Origin: Alphaproteobacteria bacterium
GTDB lineage: Bacteria; Pseudomonadota; Alphaproteobacteria; MPNO01; UBA830
Assembly (NCBI GenBank): GCA_965243135.1
Contig: OZ251539.1
Location: 2,240,001-2,304,000, forward strand
Length of the DNA: 64,000 bases
Direction of reading: 5' to 3'
The translations under genes were made by a program, and so were the position numbers. How positions within the stretch are numbered: position 1 is the first letter of the stretch; the number at the start of each line of letters is the position of its first letter. Under the pieces are notes generated by a model, which did not search any database, had not been told where the DNA came from, and saw only the letters and a program-made list of their open reading frames with translations. Shown piece after piece: positions 42,650 through 52,187 of the stretch.

Positions 42650-42961
42650 GATTTGTCGGGAGTTCGCAGGGTTTCGCAATGTCGCCGACTGCTCGTACGG
42701 CGATCGGGTTCTGCCGTTCGACGCTCCCGCTGTGCGCCTGGCAGGAGAAGACGGAGCGCGCGCCGCCGGACATGCGCCGGGATTCGCCGCCGCAGCAAGT
42801 CGCGCTCTGACAGTTCCAACGCGCAATTTCGCGCCTCTCGGCGCAAAAGCAATCAACCCTTTCGACCTCCCGCCCGATCGATCGCGTTCTCTCCGCCAAG
42901 GATTTCGCACTTTGCGGAATTTTCGAAATGCTTCCCCATCAACTGCGAAGCGTAAGCAGGC

Positions 42962-43114
42962 ATGAAACTTTTCCCTCGCGACAAACACCGGATCGACTTT
43001 CTCGCTTTGGCGAGCAGGAAAGAAAGCAATCCCTGGATTTCCCGCTTCTACTTTTTCGTCGGAATCGTCTTCTTCGCATATGTCTTCTACGAACTGATCG
43101 CCGCCCGATTGTAG
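42962..43114 (+). CDS. Small (50 aa) single-TM protein
   Basis: MKLFPRDKHRIDFLALASRKESNPWISRFYFFVGIVFFAYVFYELIAARL. Below the ORF-track cutoff, directly upstream of the OYE gene. Confidence 0.5.
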   Translation: MKLFPRDKHRIDFLALASRKESNPWISRFYFFVGIVFFAYVFYELIAARL

Positions 43115-43162
43115 CGGCAACGCCAACGTCCCTCCGCAGCATCTCACGGAGCGCGCCTGCCC

Positions 43163-44269
43163 ATGTCGGAAAACAGCCGTCGAATCCTGAAACGCGACCG
43201 CAACCCGCATCTGTTTCGTCCGCTCGTCATGCGATCGGTCAAGCTGCGCAATCGCATCATGATGTCGCCGATGTGCCAGTACTCCGCTGCCGACGGCATG
43301 CCGGACGACTGGCATCGCGTTCACCTCGGCAGCCGCGCGGTCGGAGGCGCAGGCATCGTCTTTACCGAAGCGACGCACGTGTCGCCGGAAGCCCGGATCA
43401 CGCCTCATTGCCTCGGCATCTGGAACGACCGGCAACGCGACGCTCTCGCGTCGATAGCCGCCTTTATCTCCGCCCGGGGAGCGGTCCCCGCCCTCCAGAT
43501 CGCGCATGCCGGACGCAAGGCTTCCACTGCCCGTCCCTGGGAAGGCTCGCGACCGTTGCCTCGCCCGGACGCCTGGCAGACCGTCGGACCGTCCGCCCTG
43601 CCCTACGGCGATTTTCCGGCTCCGCGCGAGCTGAGCGCGGCGGAAATCGCCGAGACGTACGAACAGTTCGCCGCCGCCGCCAAGCGCGGCCGTCAAGCCG
43701 GTTTCCGCCTCGTAGAGCTCCACGCCGCGCACGGCTATCTCATCCACAGTTTCCTGTCGCCGTTGAGCAACCGGCGGAAGGATCGATACGGCGGCGCGCT
43801 CGAGAACCGCGCCCGTTTCCTGCTCGAAACCATAGAAGCCGTGCGAAGCGAATGGCCGGAGGATCTACCGATGTTCGTCAGACTCTCCTGCTCGGATTGG
43901 GTCGAGGGCGGACTCGAACTAGCGGACATAGTCATGGTCGCGAAATGGATCGCCGCAAGCGGCGACGTCGACCTGATCGACTGCTCGTCCGGCGGCAACG
44001 ATCCGCGGCAACGCATTCCCATCCATCCGGGCTACCAAGTGCCTTTCGCCGAGACCGTCCGGCGCGAGGCAAGAATCGCTACCGCGGCGGTCGGGCTGCT
44101 GCACAGCCCGGATTTCTGCGAAGAGGTCGTCGCGAACGGACGCGCCGACATCGTGGCCCTCGGCCGCGCGTTTCTCGCCGATCCGCATTGGCCGCTCCAG
44201 GCCGCCCGGAAACTCGGCGCAGAAGACGTTTCATGGCCGGTTCAGTACGAACGCGCGAACATATTTTAA
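43163..44269 (+). CDS. NADH:flavin oxidoreductase (Old Yellow Enzyme, YqjM/NamA-like)
   Basis: RNRIMMSPMCQYS, QIAHAGRK, HAAHGYL..FLSP.SN.R.D.YGG and LGRAFLADPHW. Confidence 0.93.
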   Translation: MSENSRRILKRDRNPHLFRPLVMRSVKLRNRIMMSPMCQYSAADGMPDDWHRVHLGSRAVGGAGIVFTEATHVSPEARITPHCLGIWNDRQRDALASIAAFISARGAVPALQIAHAGRKASTARPWEGSRPLPRPDAWQTVGPSALPYGDFPAPRELSAAEIAETYEQFAAAAKRGRQAGFRLVELHAAHGYLIHSFLSPLSNRRKDRYGGALENRARFLLETIEAVRSEWPEDLPMFVRLSCSDWVEGGLELADIVMVAKWIAASGDVDLIDCSSGGNDPRQRIPIHPGYQVPFAETVRREARIATAAVGLLHSPDFCEEVVANGRADIVALGRAFLADPHWPLQAARKLGAEDVSWPVQYERANIF

Positions 44270-44435
44270 CGACGGAAGGGTTGGCATGGCCTGCGCGCCT
44301 GACGTTGAACTTCTATCGGAGTTGCTTGCAGCCGCGGGCGGGTTTTGGAGGCCCGCGGATCGACAATGGTTGAAGCCTGTCCGTCACGCTTCAACCATTG
44401 CGCGTTGAATCGAGCGTCAGGAGCGGATTTCGGCT

Positions 44436-44640
44436 TCAGACGGTCTCGAACTCGAACCTGACGATGTTGCGCTCTTCCCGGCCGAACTCGATCAGGTGGA
44501 CCCGAACGCCCGGACGCCGGTACTTGTCCGCGTAGCCGCGCTTCCGAATCTGCGCCAGAGCCCAGCCTTCCAGCTTCCCATCCGCGACCTTGAACTCGAA
44601 CGGGCAGACGTTGCCGTTGTACAGAACCGCCAGGCGGCCG
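44436..44640 (-). pseudogene. Inverted relic of the 3' end of a DUF1703-type gene (paralog of 42230-42429)
   Basis: FEFKVADGKLEGWALAQIRKRGYADKYRRPG...EFETV, nearly identical to the end of 40885-42429. Confidence 0.85.
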
Positions 44641-45041
44641 TCGCCTCGGTGCCCCGCTCCGCCCGCCCCTGCAACCGAGCGGTCCTTGGCTCCCAAACGT
44701 CTCGCCGATGTCCATCTCCGCAAATATGCAGCGGATTGAGCCTACAGCCTCCGCCCTGATCGCGGCACCCGGCACCGACTATCGGTGGGCGGCCCGATCA
44801 TGTCTTCGGACGGACAAATAACGATCCAGGGGTGACGCCACGCTCGCCATGACCCTGCACGCCGATGCTGCCTTCGCAAACAGCGTGTCCGCGTCCAGCT
44901 TCGCGCAGGTGGTCAATCCCGCGCCGTCCGTAGTATGATGCCGAGCATGCTGGCCCCGGCACCCGGAGACCTCGTGCCGCGAACCCGCCCGACCTGACAG
45001 AGACCGCCTGGCGCAGCGCAACCCACGCAGAACGATGGATC

Positions 45042-45320
45042 GTGATCAGGAGCTTCAAGGATCGAAACACCCGAGCCTTTTTCGAAGGCCAACGGATTCC
45101 AGCTTTTCAGAGTTTTGCTGACCAAGCAGCGCGGCGTCTCACCTATCTTGACAACGCCGAGTCCCTTCAGGATCTTATGAATTTGCCAAGCAATCGGTTC
45201 AAGGCACTCGGAGGAAACCGTAAAGGTCAATACAGTATTAGAATAAATCGACAGTGGCGGATATGCGTCCGCTGGGAAAACGAGGAACCCTGCGATGTCG
45301 AAATCGTGGATTACCACTGA
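45042..45320 (+). CDS. higB: HigB-type (RelE/ParE) toxin
   Basis: MIRSFKD...PSNRFKALGGNRKGQYSIRINRQWRICVRW...VEIVDYH. Confidence 0.93.
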   Translation: MIRSFKDRNTRAFFEGQRIPAFQSFADQAARRLTYLDNAESLQDLMNLPSNRFKALGGNRKGQYSIRINRQWRICVRWENEEPCDVEIVDYH

Positions 45321-45332
45321 AGTATTGAAGCC

Positions 45333-46376
45333 ATGAACGTAAAAAGCGGCATGAGACCAGTGCATCCGGGCGAGATATTGAGCGACGAGCTTGCCGCGCT
45401 CGGATTGTCCGATAATGAATTGTCAGGCCGCTTGGATATTCCTGAACAACAAATCAAGGAGCTACTGAACAAACAACGCAACATGACAGCAGACATCGCG
45501 TTACGGTTGGCGCGATATTTTGGAACGACGCCGCAGGTCTGGCTAAATCTGCAAAAAACCTACGAGCTTCGCCAAGCCGAGATCGAATCGGGCCGCCTAA
45601 TCACGAAGCGCGTAAGGCCATGGCAAACTATAGGGACTAGCGGAGGCATAATTGAGCGGGAAGTGGATTGGAAAACTACGTTGAAAACTGGCGATTCCGC
45701 TAAATTCATGAAACGGCTTGACGAGGAATACAGAAACACAACCGGCATTTCCGACCGGCGTTTCTATAGCATATTTTATTCGCAAGTTAATCCGTCTCCC
45801 ATTATGATGCTAGGATATAATCCCGGCGGAGATCCGGAAATCTGGGAGGAATCTCAACTTGCTTCAACATCATTCTATGAACATGAAGAACACGAGTATG
45901 TCGACTGCCACTACCGCACAGCACGCGTTATGAGCGAATTTCTCAAAAAAGTCCTTGATATTGAAAAAGAATGCATCCGAAAAATACCTAAAACCAATTT
46001 GATATTTAGGAGATCCCCTTCTGCCAATAAATTGAAGCTAAAGGAATCCGACGCAATAGATGAAGCCAAACCTACATTGGATCAGATATTGAGGCGCGTC
46101 GAACCGGACGTGATAATCTGTGAAGGACTTCCCACTCTGCGAAATCTTGAAAAATACTATTGCACCAGTCATTGCGAGAAGATCGACGGTGAATCTGTCA
46201 ACGTTCCTAACGGGGATCATATTGCTCGAATTTATAGAGCGGATCGAGCATTTTTATCGTCGACGGGCAAGTTTGTGAAACTGCTAGGCATAGGCCATCC
46301 ATCAAGATTTGGCGGCCGATCGGAATGGAATGAAGTAATCAAATTTTCCAGAAATTTTTTAGCCGAATATAGATGA
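45333..46376 (+). CDS. higA: HigA antitoxin fused to a C-terminal uracil-DNA-glycosylase-like domain
   Basis: PVHPGEIL...TADIALRLARYFGTTPQVWLNLQ, then ~250 aa with LGYNPGG, TNLIFRRS, PDVIICEG and GHPS. Confidence 0.75.
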   Translation: MNVKSGMRPVHPGEILSDELAALGLSDNELSGRLDIPEQQIKELLNKQRNMTADIALRLARYFGTTPQVWLNLQKTYELRQAEIESGRLITKRVRPWQTIGTSGGIIEREVDWKTTLKTGDSAKFMKRLDEEYRNTTGISDRRFYSIFYSQVNPSPIMMLGYNPGGDPEIWEESQLASTSFYEHEEHEYVDCHYRTARVMSEFLKKVLDIEKECIRKIPKTNLIFRRSPSANKLKLKESDAIDEAKPTLDQILRRVEPDVIICEGLPTLRNLEKYYCTSHCEKIDGESVNVPNGDHIARIYRADRAFLSSTGKFVKLLGIGHPSRFGGRSEWNEVIKFSRNFLAEYR

Positions 46377-46458
46377 ATAATTAGATATTCGCCAAGATCG
46401 CGGACACCGATACTTGGCGGAACGACCATCGAGAATGCGCATAAAGTCGAAATTACCG

Positions 46459-46707
46459 CTAACGCACGGCGTGCGAGAACCACCCAAAGTCAACGACGAA
46501 GTTCGATACCTGCTGCACAGAAAACAACCCGTCTTGGTACAAGGCGCGACCTGCCGTTTCCGCATCTCGAAGAGTGTCGTAGAAATCGACGCATTCCCCA
46601 TTTTTCATCAGGGCCCACCGATTGGCTTCGCGAAGCGTCAGTTCGGGGAGCAGATGTCGGAATGCCTCGTAGTTGGCGTCGACTTCGTTCTGAAGAACCT
46701 CGATCAT
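46459..46707 (-). CDS. Small hypothetical protein (possibly DUF5678-like)
   Basis: NYEAF..LLPEL...WALMKNGE.V.FYDT..DA..AG...FSVQ. Good RBS (agagggg). Confidence 0.65.
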   Translation of the reverse strand: MIEVLQNEVDANYEAFRHLLPELTLREANRWALMKNGECVDFYDTLRDAETAGRALYQDGLFSVQQVSNFVVDFGWFSHAVR

Positions 46708-46984
46708 GACGTCATCCCTCTATCGCCTGGAGATCCTCGCCCGTATCCACTTGCCCGCTTGATGGAGCGCAAGGTTAGCGGATACGCGCACTCACCCCAT
46801 TACATGTCTGCCATTAGTCTACTATGGGTCGGTGCAACCGTTGTCAATATCGGAATATATGGTTTGATCTTCAGAAACGCGAAAACCTGCCGACCGATTC
46901 GGACGTTCCGGCGAAGCCGCGGCTCGTTTTTCGCCTTCCGCCCGCCGAAACGGCTGCGACCCGGCGCTTCGCGGCAGCGGCCCT

Positions 46985-48184
46985 TCAGCCCCGGCGGCGC
47001 AGCGCAAGGAGGAAATACATCGACATGACCGGCCCTGCGGCCATCGCGAACAAGGCGGCTGTCCAGGCTTCCGCGACCCCGACGCCGCCGGCCGCGTCGA
47101 GCGCTATCCCGACCGCGAAAGGACCGAGAATTCCGCCGGAGAAACCGATGAAAGCCTGCACGGCGAGCGTCGCGCCCCGCCGACCGGGATCGGACAACGC
47201 GATCGTGCCGGCCGTGGTCGCCGAATTTCGCCCGTAGGAAACCATCCCGAACAGGATGCAGAGCGCGAGCGGAATCTCGTAACGCATGTCCGCGGTGAGG
47301 CCGATGGCCGCGGCCAGCGCGCACGAGGCTGCGGCGACGCAGATCAGGAGCCGCCGCCGGTCGATCCGAACCGAAAGTTCGCCGAACAGCATCGCGGCGG
47401 GCGGGCCCACGAGCGCGACCGCGGTCGCCCACGCGGCGGCGCTCAAGACAATGTCGCCGCCGGGCGCGCGGTCCGCGAGAAAAACGAAGAAGGTCACCAG
47501 CCAGACGCGGCTCGCGAACACTTCCCAGGCGATACCGAGAAAGGAGCCCGTGTATCCCATGACGGCCCGGTTGCGGAACACCGGTCGGAAATCCAGCACC
47601 GCGGAAGATGGTTTGGTCCGGGGCGGCGTCGGCGGCAGTACGGCGGCCGCGATCGCCAGGGCGCCTATCGAGCCGATGCCGGCGACGGCGAACGCCCAAC
47701 GCCAATCGAGCCATTCGGCGGCCGCGCCGCCGATGAGGATCGAAAGGCCCGAACCGATTCCGAACACGGAAGTGTAGTAGGCCGCCCCTCGTTGCTGCGT
47801 TCGCCCCGCGGGGAGAAGATCGGTCAACGCCTTGAGTCCGGGCGTGTAGGTTCCGGCTAGGCCGATTCCCGTCACGACGCGGAAAGCGGCGCCCGACCAC
47901 AATCCGTCGGCAAGAAGCCCGAAACCGAAATTCCCCGCGGCGCCCAACGCCGCGCAGGCGAGATAGATGCGCCTCGGATCGACCCTGTCGGTATAGGCGG
48001 TCAGCACGGGCACGGTCGCGATGAAGCCCAGGAACAGAGCGCCGCCGAGCCACCCCGCCTCCGTGTTCGTCAGCCTCCAGTCGCGAATGATGTCGCCCAG
48101 AACCGCCGCAGGCGCCATGAAACCGAGCAGCGAAAGCACGAGGGCGGCGCAAAGCGCGGCGACCAGAACGACCGGAGAGGTCAA
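46985..48184 (-). CDS. MFS transporter
   Basis: Multiple hydrophobic helices and TDRVDPRR loop. TTG start overlaps the upstream stop. Confidence 0.88.
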   Translation of the reverse strand: MTSPVVLVAALCAALVLSLLGFMAPAAVLGDIIRDWRLTNTEAGWLGGALFLGFIATVPVLTAYTDRVDPRRIYLACAALGAAGNFGFGLLADGLWSGAAFRVVTGIGLAGTYTPGLKALTDLLPAGRTQQRGAAYYTSVFGIGSGLSILIGGAAAEWLDWRWAFAVAGIGSIGALAIAAAVLPPTPPRTKPSSAVLDFRPVFRNRAVMGYTGSFLGIAWEVFASRVWLVTFFVFLADRAPGGDIVLSAAAWATAVALVGPPAAMLFGELSVRIDRRRLLICVAAASCALAAAIGLTADMRYEIPLALCILFGMVSYGRNSATTAGTIALSDPGRRGATLAVQAFIGFSGGILGPFAVGIALDAAGGVGVAEAWTAALFAMAAGPVMSMYFLLALRRRG

Positions 48185-49167
48185 GCGACGGATACCACGA
48201 TTTTGCCGCAGGCCCGGTTCGATTCCATGTAAGCGTGCGCCTCGCGTACGTCGTCGAACTGGAAGACGCGATCCAGGGGATTGCGGTAACGTCCTTCCTC
48301 GATCCCCGTCAGGTATTCCGCGAACGCCTCCGTCGTCATCGGCGTCGAAGAACTGGAGAAATAGGTGAACTTGGTCGTCGACGGAATCGCCGCGCCGGGA
48401 GAAAATTCCTTCAACGTCCATTCGCCGCCGAGGATGCCCGCCATGCACAGGGTCCCGCCTCTTCTGACGCAGGCGAAGGAATCGTCGAGCGCTGCGGTGC
48501 CGACCAGATCGAACATCTTGTCGACGCCTCCGGGCGCCAGCTCCCGCACGGAAGGCGCGACCGGACCATTCGCAATAACGACGCGGTCCGCTCCGAACTC
48601 CCGCATGCGCCTTTCCTTGGCGACGTCGCGGGTCGTTGAAAGCACGGTCAGTCCCTTTGCCCGCGCGTAGTCCGCCGCGACCAGCCCAACGGCCGAGGAG
48701 CCTCCGCGAATGAGCAACGTTTCGCCCGCAGCGACGTCGAGCGCGAGTTCCAGCGCGCCCCACGCCGTGTGGAAGATCTCGGGCAAGGCCGCAAGCTCCG
48801 TCCAGCGAAGCCGGGTGTCGACGGGATGTACGTGGGCAGCCGGCACCGACACGTACTCGGCGTAACTTCCGTCGTAGGCCCGCCCCATCCCGCCGGTGGT
48901 GGCGACCACGGACTCTCCCGGCTCGAAGGACGTGTCCGGCGCGTCGACCACGATGCCGGCGCATTCGATGCCGAGCACGCGGGGAAAGCGAACGGTCGGG
49001 GAATGCCCCAGTCGCGTGAATACCTCGCCGCGGTTCAGTCCGAAAGCCATGACCCGGACGAGCGCATGTCCGGGCCGGACTTCAGGCCGGGGCCAGGCGT
49101 CGCGCAATTCGAGCGCTTCCGGTCCGCCGGCCCGTTCGACGACGATCGCGCGCATCGTGTTCGGCAT
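48181..49167 (-). CDS. MDR-family (quinone oxidoreductase-like) dehydrogenase
   Basis: MRAIVV...GGPEAL, PRVLGIECAG, GSYAEY, IRGGSSAVG and GKIVV. Confidence 0.9.
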   Translation of the reverse strand: MPNTMRAIVVERAGGPEALELRDAWPRPEVRPGHALVRVMAFGLNRGEVFTRLGHSPTVRFPRVLGIECAGIVVDAPDTSFEPGESVVATTGGMGRAYDGSYAEYVSVPAAHVHPVDTRLRWTELAALPEIFHTAWGALELALDVAAGETLLIRGGSSAVGLVAADYARAKGLTVLSTTRDVAKERRMREFGADRVVIANGPVAPSVRELAPGGVDKMFDLVGTAALDDSFACVRRGGTLCMAGILGGEWTLKEFSPGAAIPSTTKFTYFSSSSTPMTTEAFAEYLTGIEEGRYRNPLDRVFQFDDVREAHAYMESNRACGKIVVSVA

Positions 49168-49535
49168 CTTTCCTCTCCTCCGCGCCCGCCGCCGCGGGAT
49201 TCCGGCGGCTCGCCGCCCGCGCCGGAGCGACAGCATACCGGAAGCGAAACGCGCATGTTTCTTCGCGAAGGGCGCGGGCGTTCCCGGCAAGCGTCGGCGG
49301 GACGACCCCGCCGTCGACAGGCCCGGAAGTCTCTCCCGAGATTGACCGGGGCGCGCCCGCATGCTCCCGCGGCGGATTCGCGCGAACCTGGAAACGTTCG
49401 CGACGCTGTCGCGCATCCCCGAAAACTTGCCGAACGAGCCTCTTGCGCAGCACCCTCGAATCCTTCCGCCGCCGCCGGGATCCCGTAAAGGCGGATCTTT
49501 TCCTTCCCGCGAACGGCCCGCGCCGGAACTCTTCG

Positions 49536-50252
49536 CTACTTCCTCACAAGCGACGACGAATTGATCGTGGCGTGAAGGTTCTGCGCGAAGTCGACCGCCG
49601 CGGCGATATCCATCGTGAACGCGCGCCCGGCGTATTCCTTGACGGCGCGGTTGGCCGGTAGCGGCGCCGCTGCCATTGTCCGCGTCAGGCGGACGACCGC
49701 GTCGTCGAGACCGGCTGCGGGCACGATGCGGCTGACCAGCCCCCAGGCAAGCGCCGTCCCGGCATCGATCTCCTCCGTCGAGTACGTCAGGTAGAGCGCG
49801 GCCTTGCGCGGCACCCGATCCACGAGCGAAGACATCGCCATGGTCGGCATGATGTTGTGGCTCATTTCCGGCAAGGCGAACCGCGACTCCGGCGTCGCAA
49901 GGGTGATGTCGCAGATCGCGGCCAGGGCGCAACCGAAGCCGAGCGACCTTCCCTGCGCGACTCCGACGATGGGGATTTTCGAGTTCCGGAACGCCGCGTA
50001 GCAGTCGAAGACGACCTCGTTCAACGTTCGGAGCTCGTAAGCCTCGACTTTCGGTTCGCCGCCCATGACGTCCCGGCCCAGGCAAAAATCCTCGCCGGCC
50101 CCGCGAAACACGATCGCCTGGGCGGTTTCGTCGACGCCGTGCAGGAGCGCGGTCAACTCCCTCACCATGTCGTTCGTCAGGCGGTTGCCCTTTTCGGGCC
50201 GATCCAGCGTGATCGTCGCGATCTTGCCTTCGGTGGTGCATGCGATGCTCAT
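49536..50252 (-). CDS. Enoyl-CoA hydratase/isomerase-family protein
   Basis: ITLDRPEKGN, FCLGRD, GFGCALA..CD, FALPE and A.AWGLVSR. Confidence 0.9.
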   Translation of the reverse strand: MSIACTTEGKIATITLDRPEKGNRLTNDMVRELTALLHGVDETAQAIVFRGAGEDFCLGRDVMGGEPKVEAYELRTLNEVVFDCYAAFRNSKIPIVGVAQGRSLGFGCALAAICDITLATPESRFALPEMSHNIMPTMAMSSLVDRVPRKAALYLTYSTEEIDAGTALAWGLVSRIVPAAGLDDAVVRLTRTMAAAPLPANRAVKEYAGRAFTMDIAAAVDFAQNLHATINSSSLVRK

Positions 50253-50314
50253 TGGCTTCTCCTGCGGTATCGACGCTCACGCCATGCGGCAAGACGTCCC
50301 GGGCTGCCTCTCCT

Positions 50315-51907
50315 TCAGAGGCCGGCGTTGGGGTCGTCGCCGGCCCCTTCCGGCAAACCCGTCCTTCCTTTTTCGGCTTTCCCTATTCCGTAACGGCCGT
50401 CCCGGGTGCGAACGAGTTCGCCCGCCGCCCTGATCCGATCCAGCGCCAGCGCGACTTCGCGCCCGTCTCGACTGCCGACCGCTTCCACGAGATCGCCGAA
50501 ATAAAGAGGTCCCCCGCTCTCGATGGCCTCGCGGACGGTCCGGTAACGGGCTTGACCGCCTATGCTCGGTGCTCGGGCGGGCCTGCTTGCGATGTCGCGC
50601 CGCGCCGCCTCCGGAGGAAGAGTCAGATCGAAGCCCGCCTTGGAGCCCGGCGGCGGCCCGTTTCTCGACGGATCGAGCGGCATGCCCATTACGCCGGGAA
50701 ACGCGATCAGATCCCGGTCGGCCTGAAACCGCGTCGCCATCGCCCAATCCATCTGGGCGTCGTCGAAGACGTCGATGTCGTCGTCGACCACGAAGACATG
50801 CTTCACCGAACGCACGCCGCCGATGACCGTGCCGATGACGTTCCTGCCTTCGCCGGGCCTTCCCTGCCGGATGGCGACGCGAAGGTGCTGAACCTCCGCG
50901 CCCGAAGGCGGCGCATAGACCGCCCGCGCTTCGATTCCGGCCGACAGCAGCAACTCCCGGGTTCGCGCCTCGATCGCGACCCCGCCAAGATTGGCGGATT
51001 CGGCCCGACTCAGAATCGGGCCGGAACCGTGCAGAACGGATTGATGAAGCGCGTCCGAGCGCATGGTTATTCCGGTGACGCGGAACACGGGATCGAGATG
51101 CATCGGACCGTAATAGCCCGCGTATTCTCCGTAGGGGCCGTCCGGCTCGACGTAGCCCTCTTCGTCGAGATAACCTTCGATCGCGACTTCGGCGTCCGCC
51201 AGAACCGGAACGTCGTTCGTCATGCCCTTGACGAGCGGAACAGGTTCGCCGCGCATGGCGCCGACAAGATTCGCCTCGTCGGCGGGAATCCGCAGCTGGG
51301 AAGCCAGCAGATCCAGCGGATGCGCGCCCAAGGCGAAATTGATCGGGAGCCTTTCCCGCCGCGCGACGCACCCCTGATAAATCCTTTTGAGGTCCGACGG
51401 AGCGGTCACGTTGGTGCCGGCCTCGCGCCGATTGCGCAAGCTAAGGCGCCGCGCGCCCATGTTGGTCCGGCCGGTCTCGGGATCGATCGCGAAATCGATG
51501 GCGGAAGAAATATAGACGCTCCCGTCGAAGGCGTGCTGAAGGTGAAACGGCAGTCGCGTCAGATCGGCTTCCTCGCCGAGAAACGCGACTTCCTGCACCG
51601 GAGCGTCGCCGCGCGCGATTTCGACCGCCGGCTTGGGATCGTTGCGGCGGCGCAGGAATTCGTCGGCAAGTTCCCGTTCGCCGACTCCGAACGCCGCGGC
51701 GACGCGCTTCCGGCTGCTCGACACCCCCGCCACCAATTCGCAATTCTCGGGACCCGCCCGTAGGAACAACGCCGCCTTCTCGGTCGATTCGACATGCCGG
51801 GACACGTCGCATAGCGCAACCGGCTCGTCGTGGATCTTCACCTCGTCCAGCTCGATCAATCTGTTCACGAAAGTGCGAAGGCGGAATTTCTCGAAGTCGA
51901 CGTCCAT
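50315..51907 (-). CDS. UbiD-family (prFMN) decarboxylase
   Basis: ADLTRLP, DGSVYISS, AEVAIEG, PDGPYGEYAGYYG, VFVVDDDIDV and WAMATRFQ. Confidence 0.9.
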   Translation of the reverse strand: MDVDFEKFRLRTFVNRLIELDEVKIHDEPVALCDVSRHVESTEKAALFLRAGPENCELVAGVSSSRKRVAAAFGVGERELADEFLRRRNDPKPAVEIARGDAPVQEVAFLGEEADLTRLPFHLQHAFDGSVYISSAIDFAIDPETGRTNMGARRLSLRNRREAGTNVTAPSDLKRIYQGCVARRERLPINFALGAHPLDLLASQLRIPADEANLVGAMRGEPVPLVKGMTNDVPVLADAEVAIEGYLDEEGYVEPDGPYGEYAGYYGPMHLDPVFRVTGITMRSDALHQSVLHGSGPILSRAESANLGGVAIEARTRELLLSAGIEARAVYAPPSGAEVQHLRVAIRQGRPGEGRNVIGTVIGGVRSVKHVFVVDDDIDVFDDAQMDWAMATRFQADRDLIAFPGVMGMPLDPSRNGPPPGSKAGFDLTLPPEAARRDIASRPARAPSIGGQARYRTVREAIESGGPLYFGDLVEAVGSRDGREVALALDRIRAAGELVRTRDGRYGIGKAEKGRTGLPEGAGDDPNAGL

Positions 51908-52187
51908 CGGATTGCCTCCCGTCCTTGCAGGGACATTGGCCATCGGCAGGCGGGAAGTCCAGCACTCTCCGGCGCGCCTCGGTTTCCGGAACGTCGATCG
52001 CGCGCGGTTCCGCGCGGTCCGTTTCCGCGCCGGTCGGGAACGAGCCGGCGGCGGCAGGCGCCTCTCGGCCCCCGAATCGACCGCCGAGCGCGGAAACGGC
52101 GGCGGTTGCCGCAAATTTCCCGCTTCAACGCCGTCAAGCGGCCGAGTATCCTCGACTTCCCGTAGACGCACCGGAAACGGCACCGCG

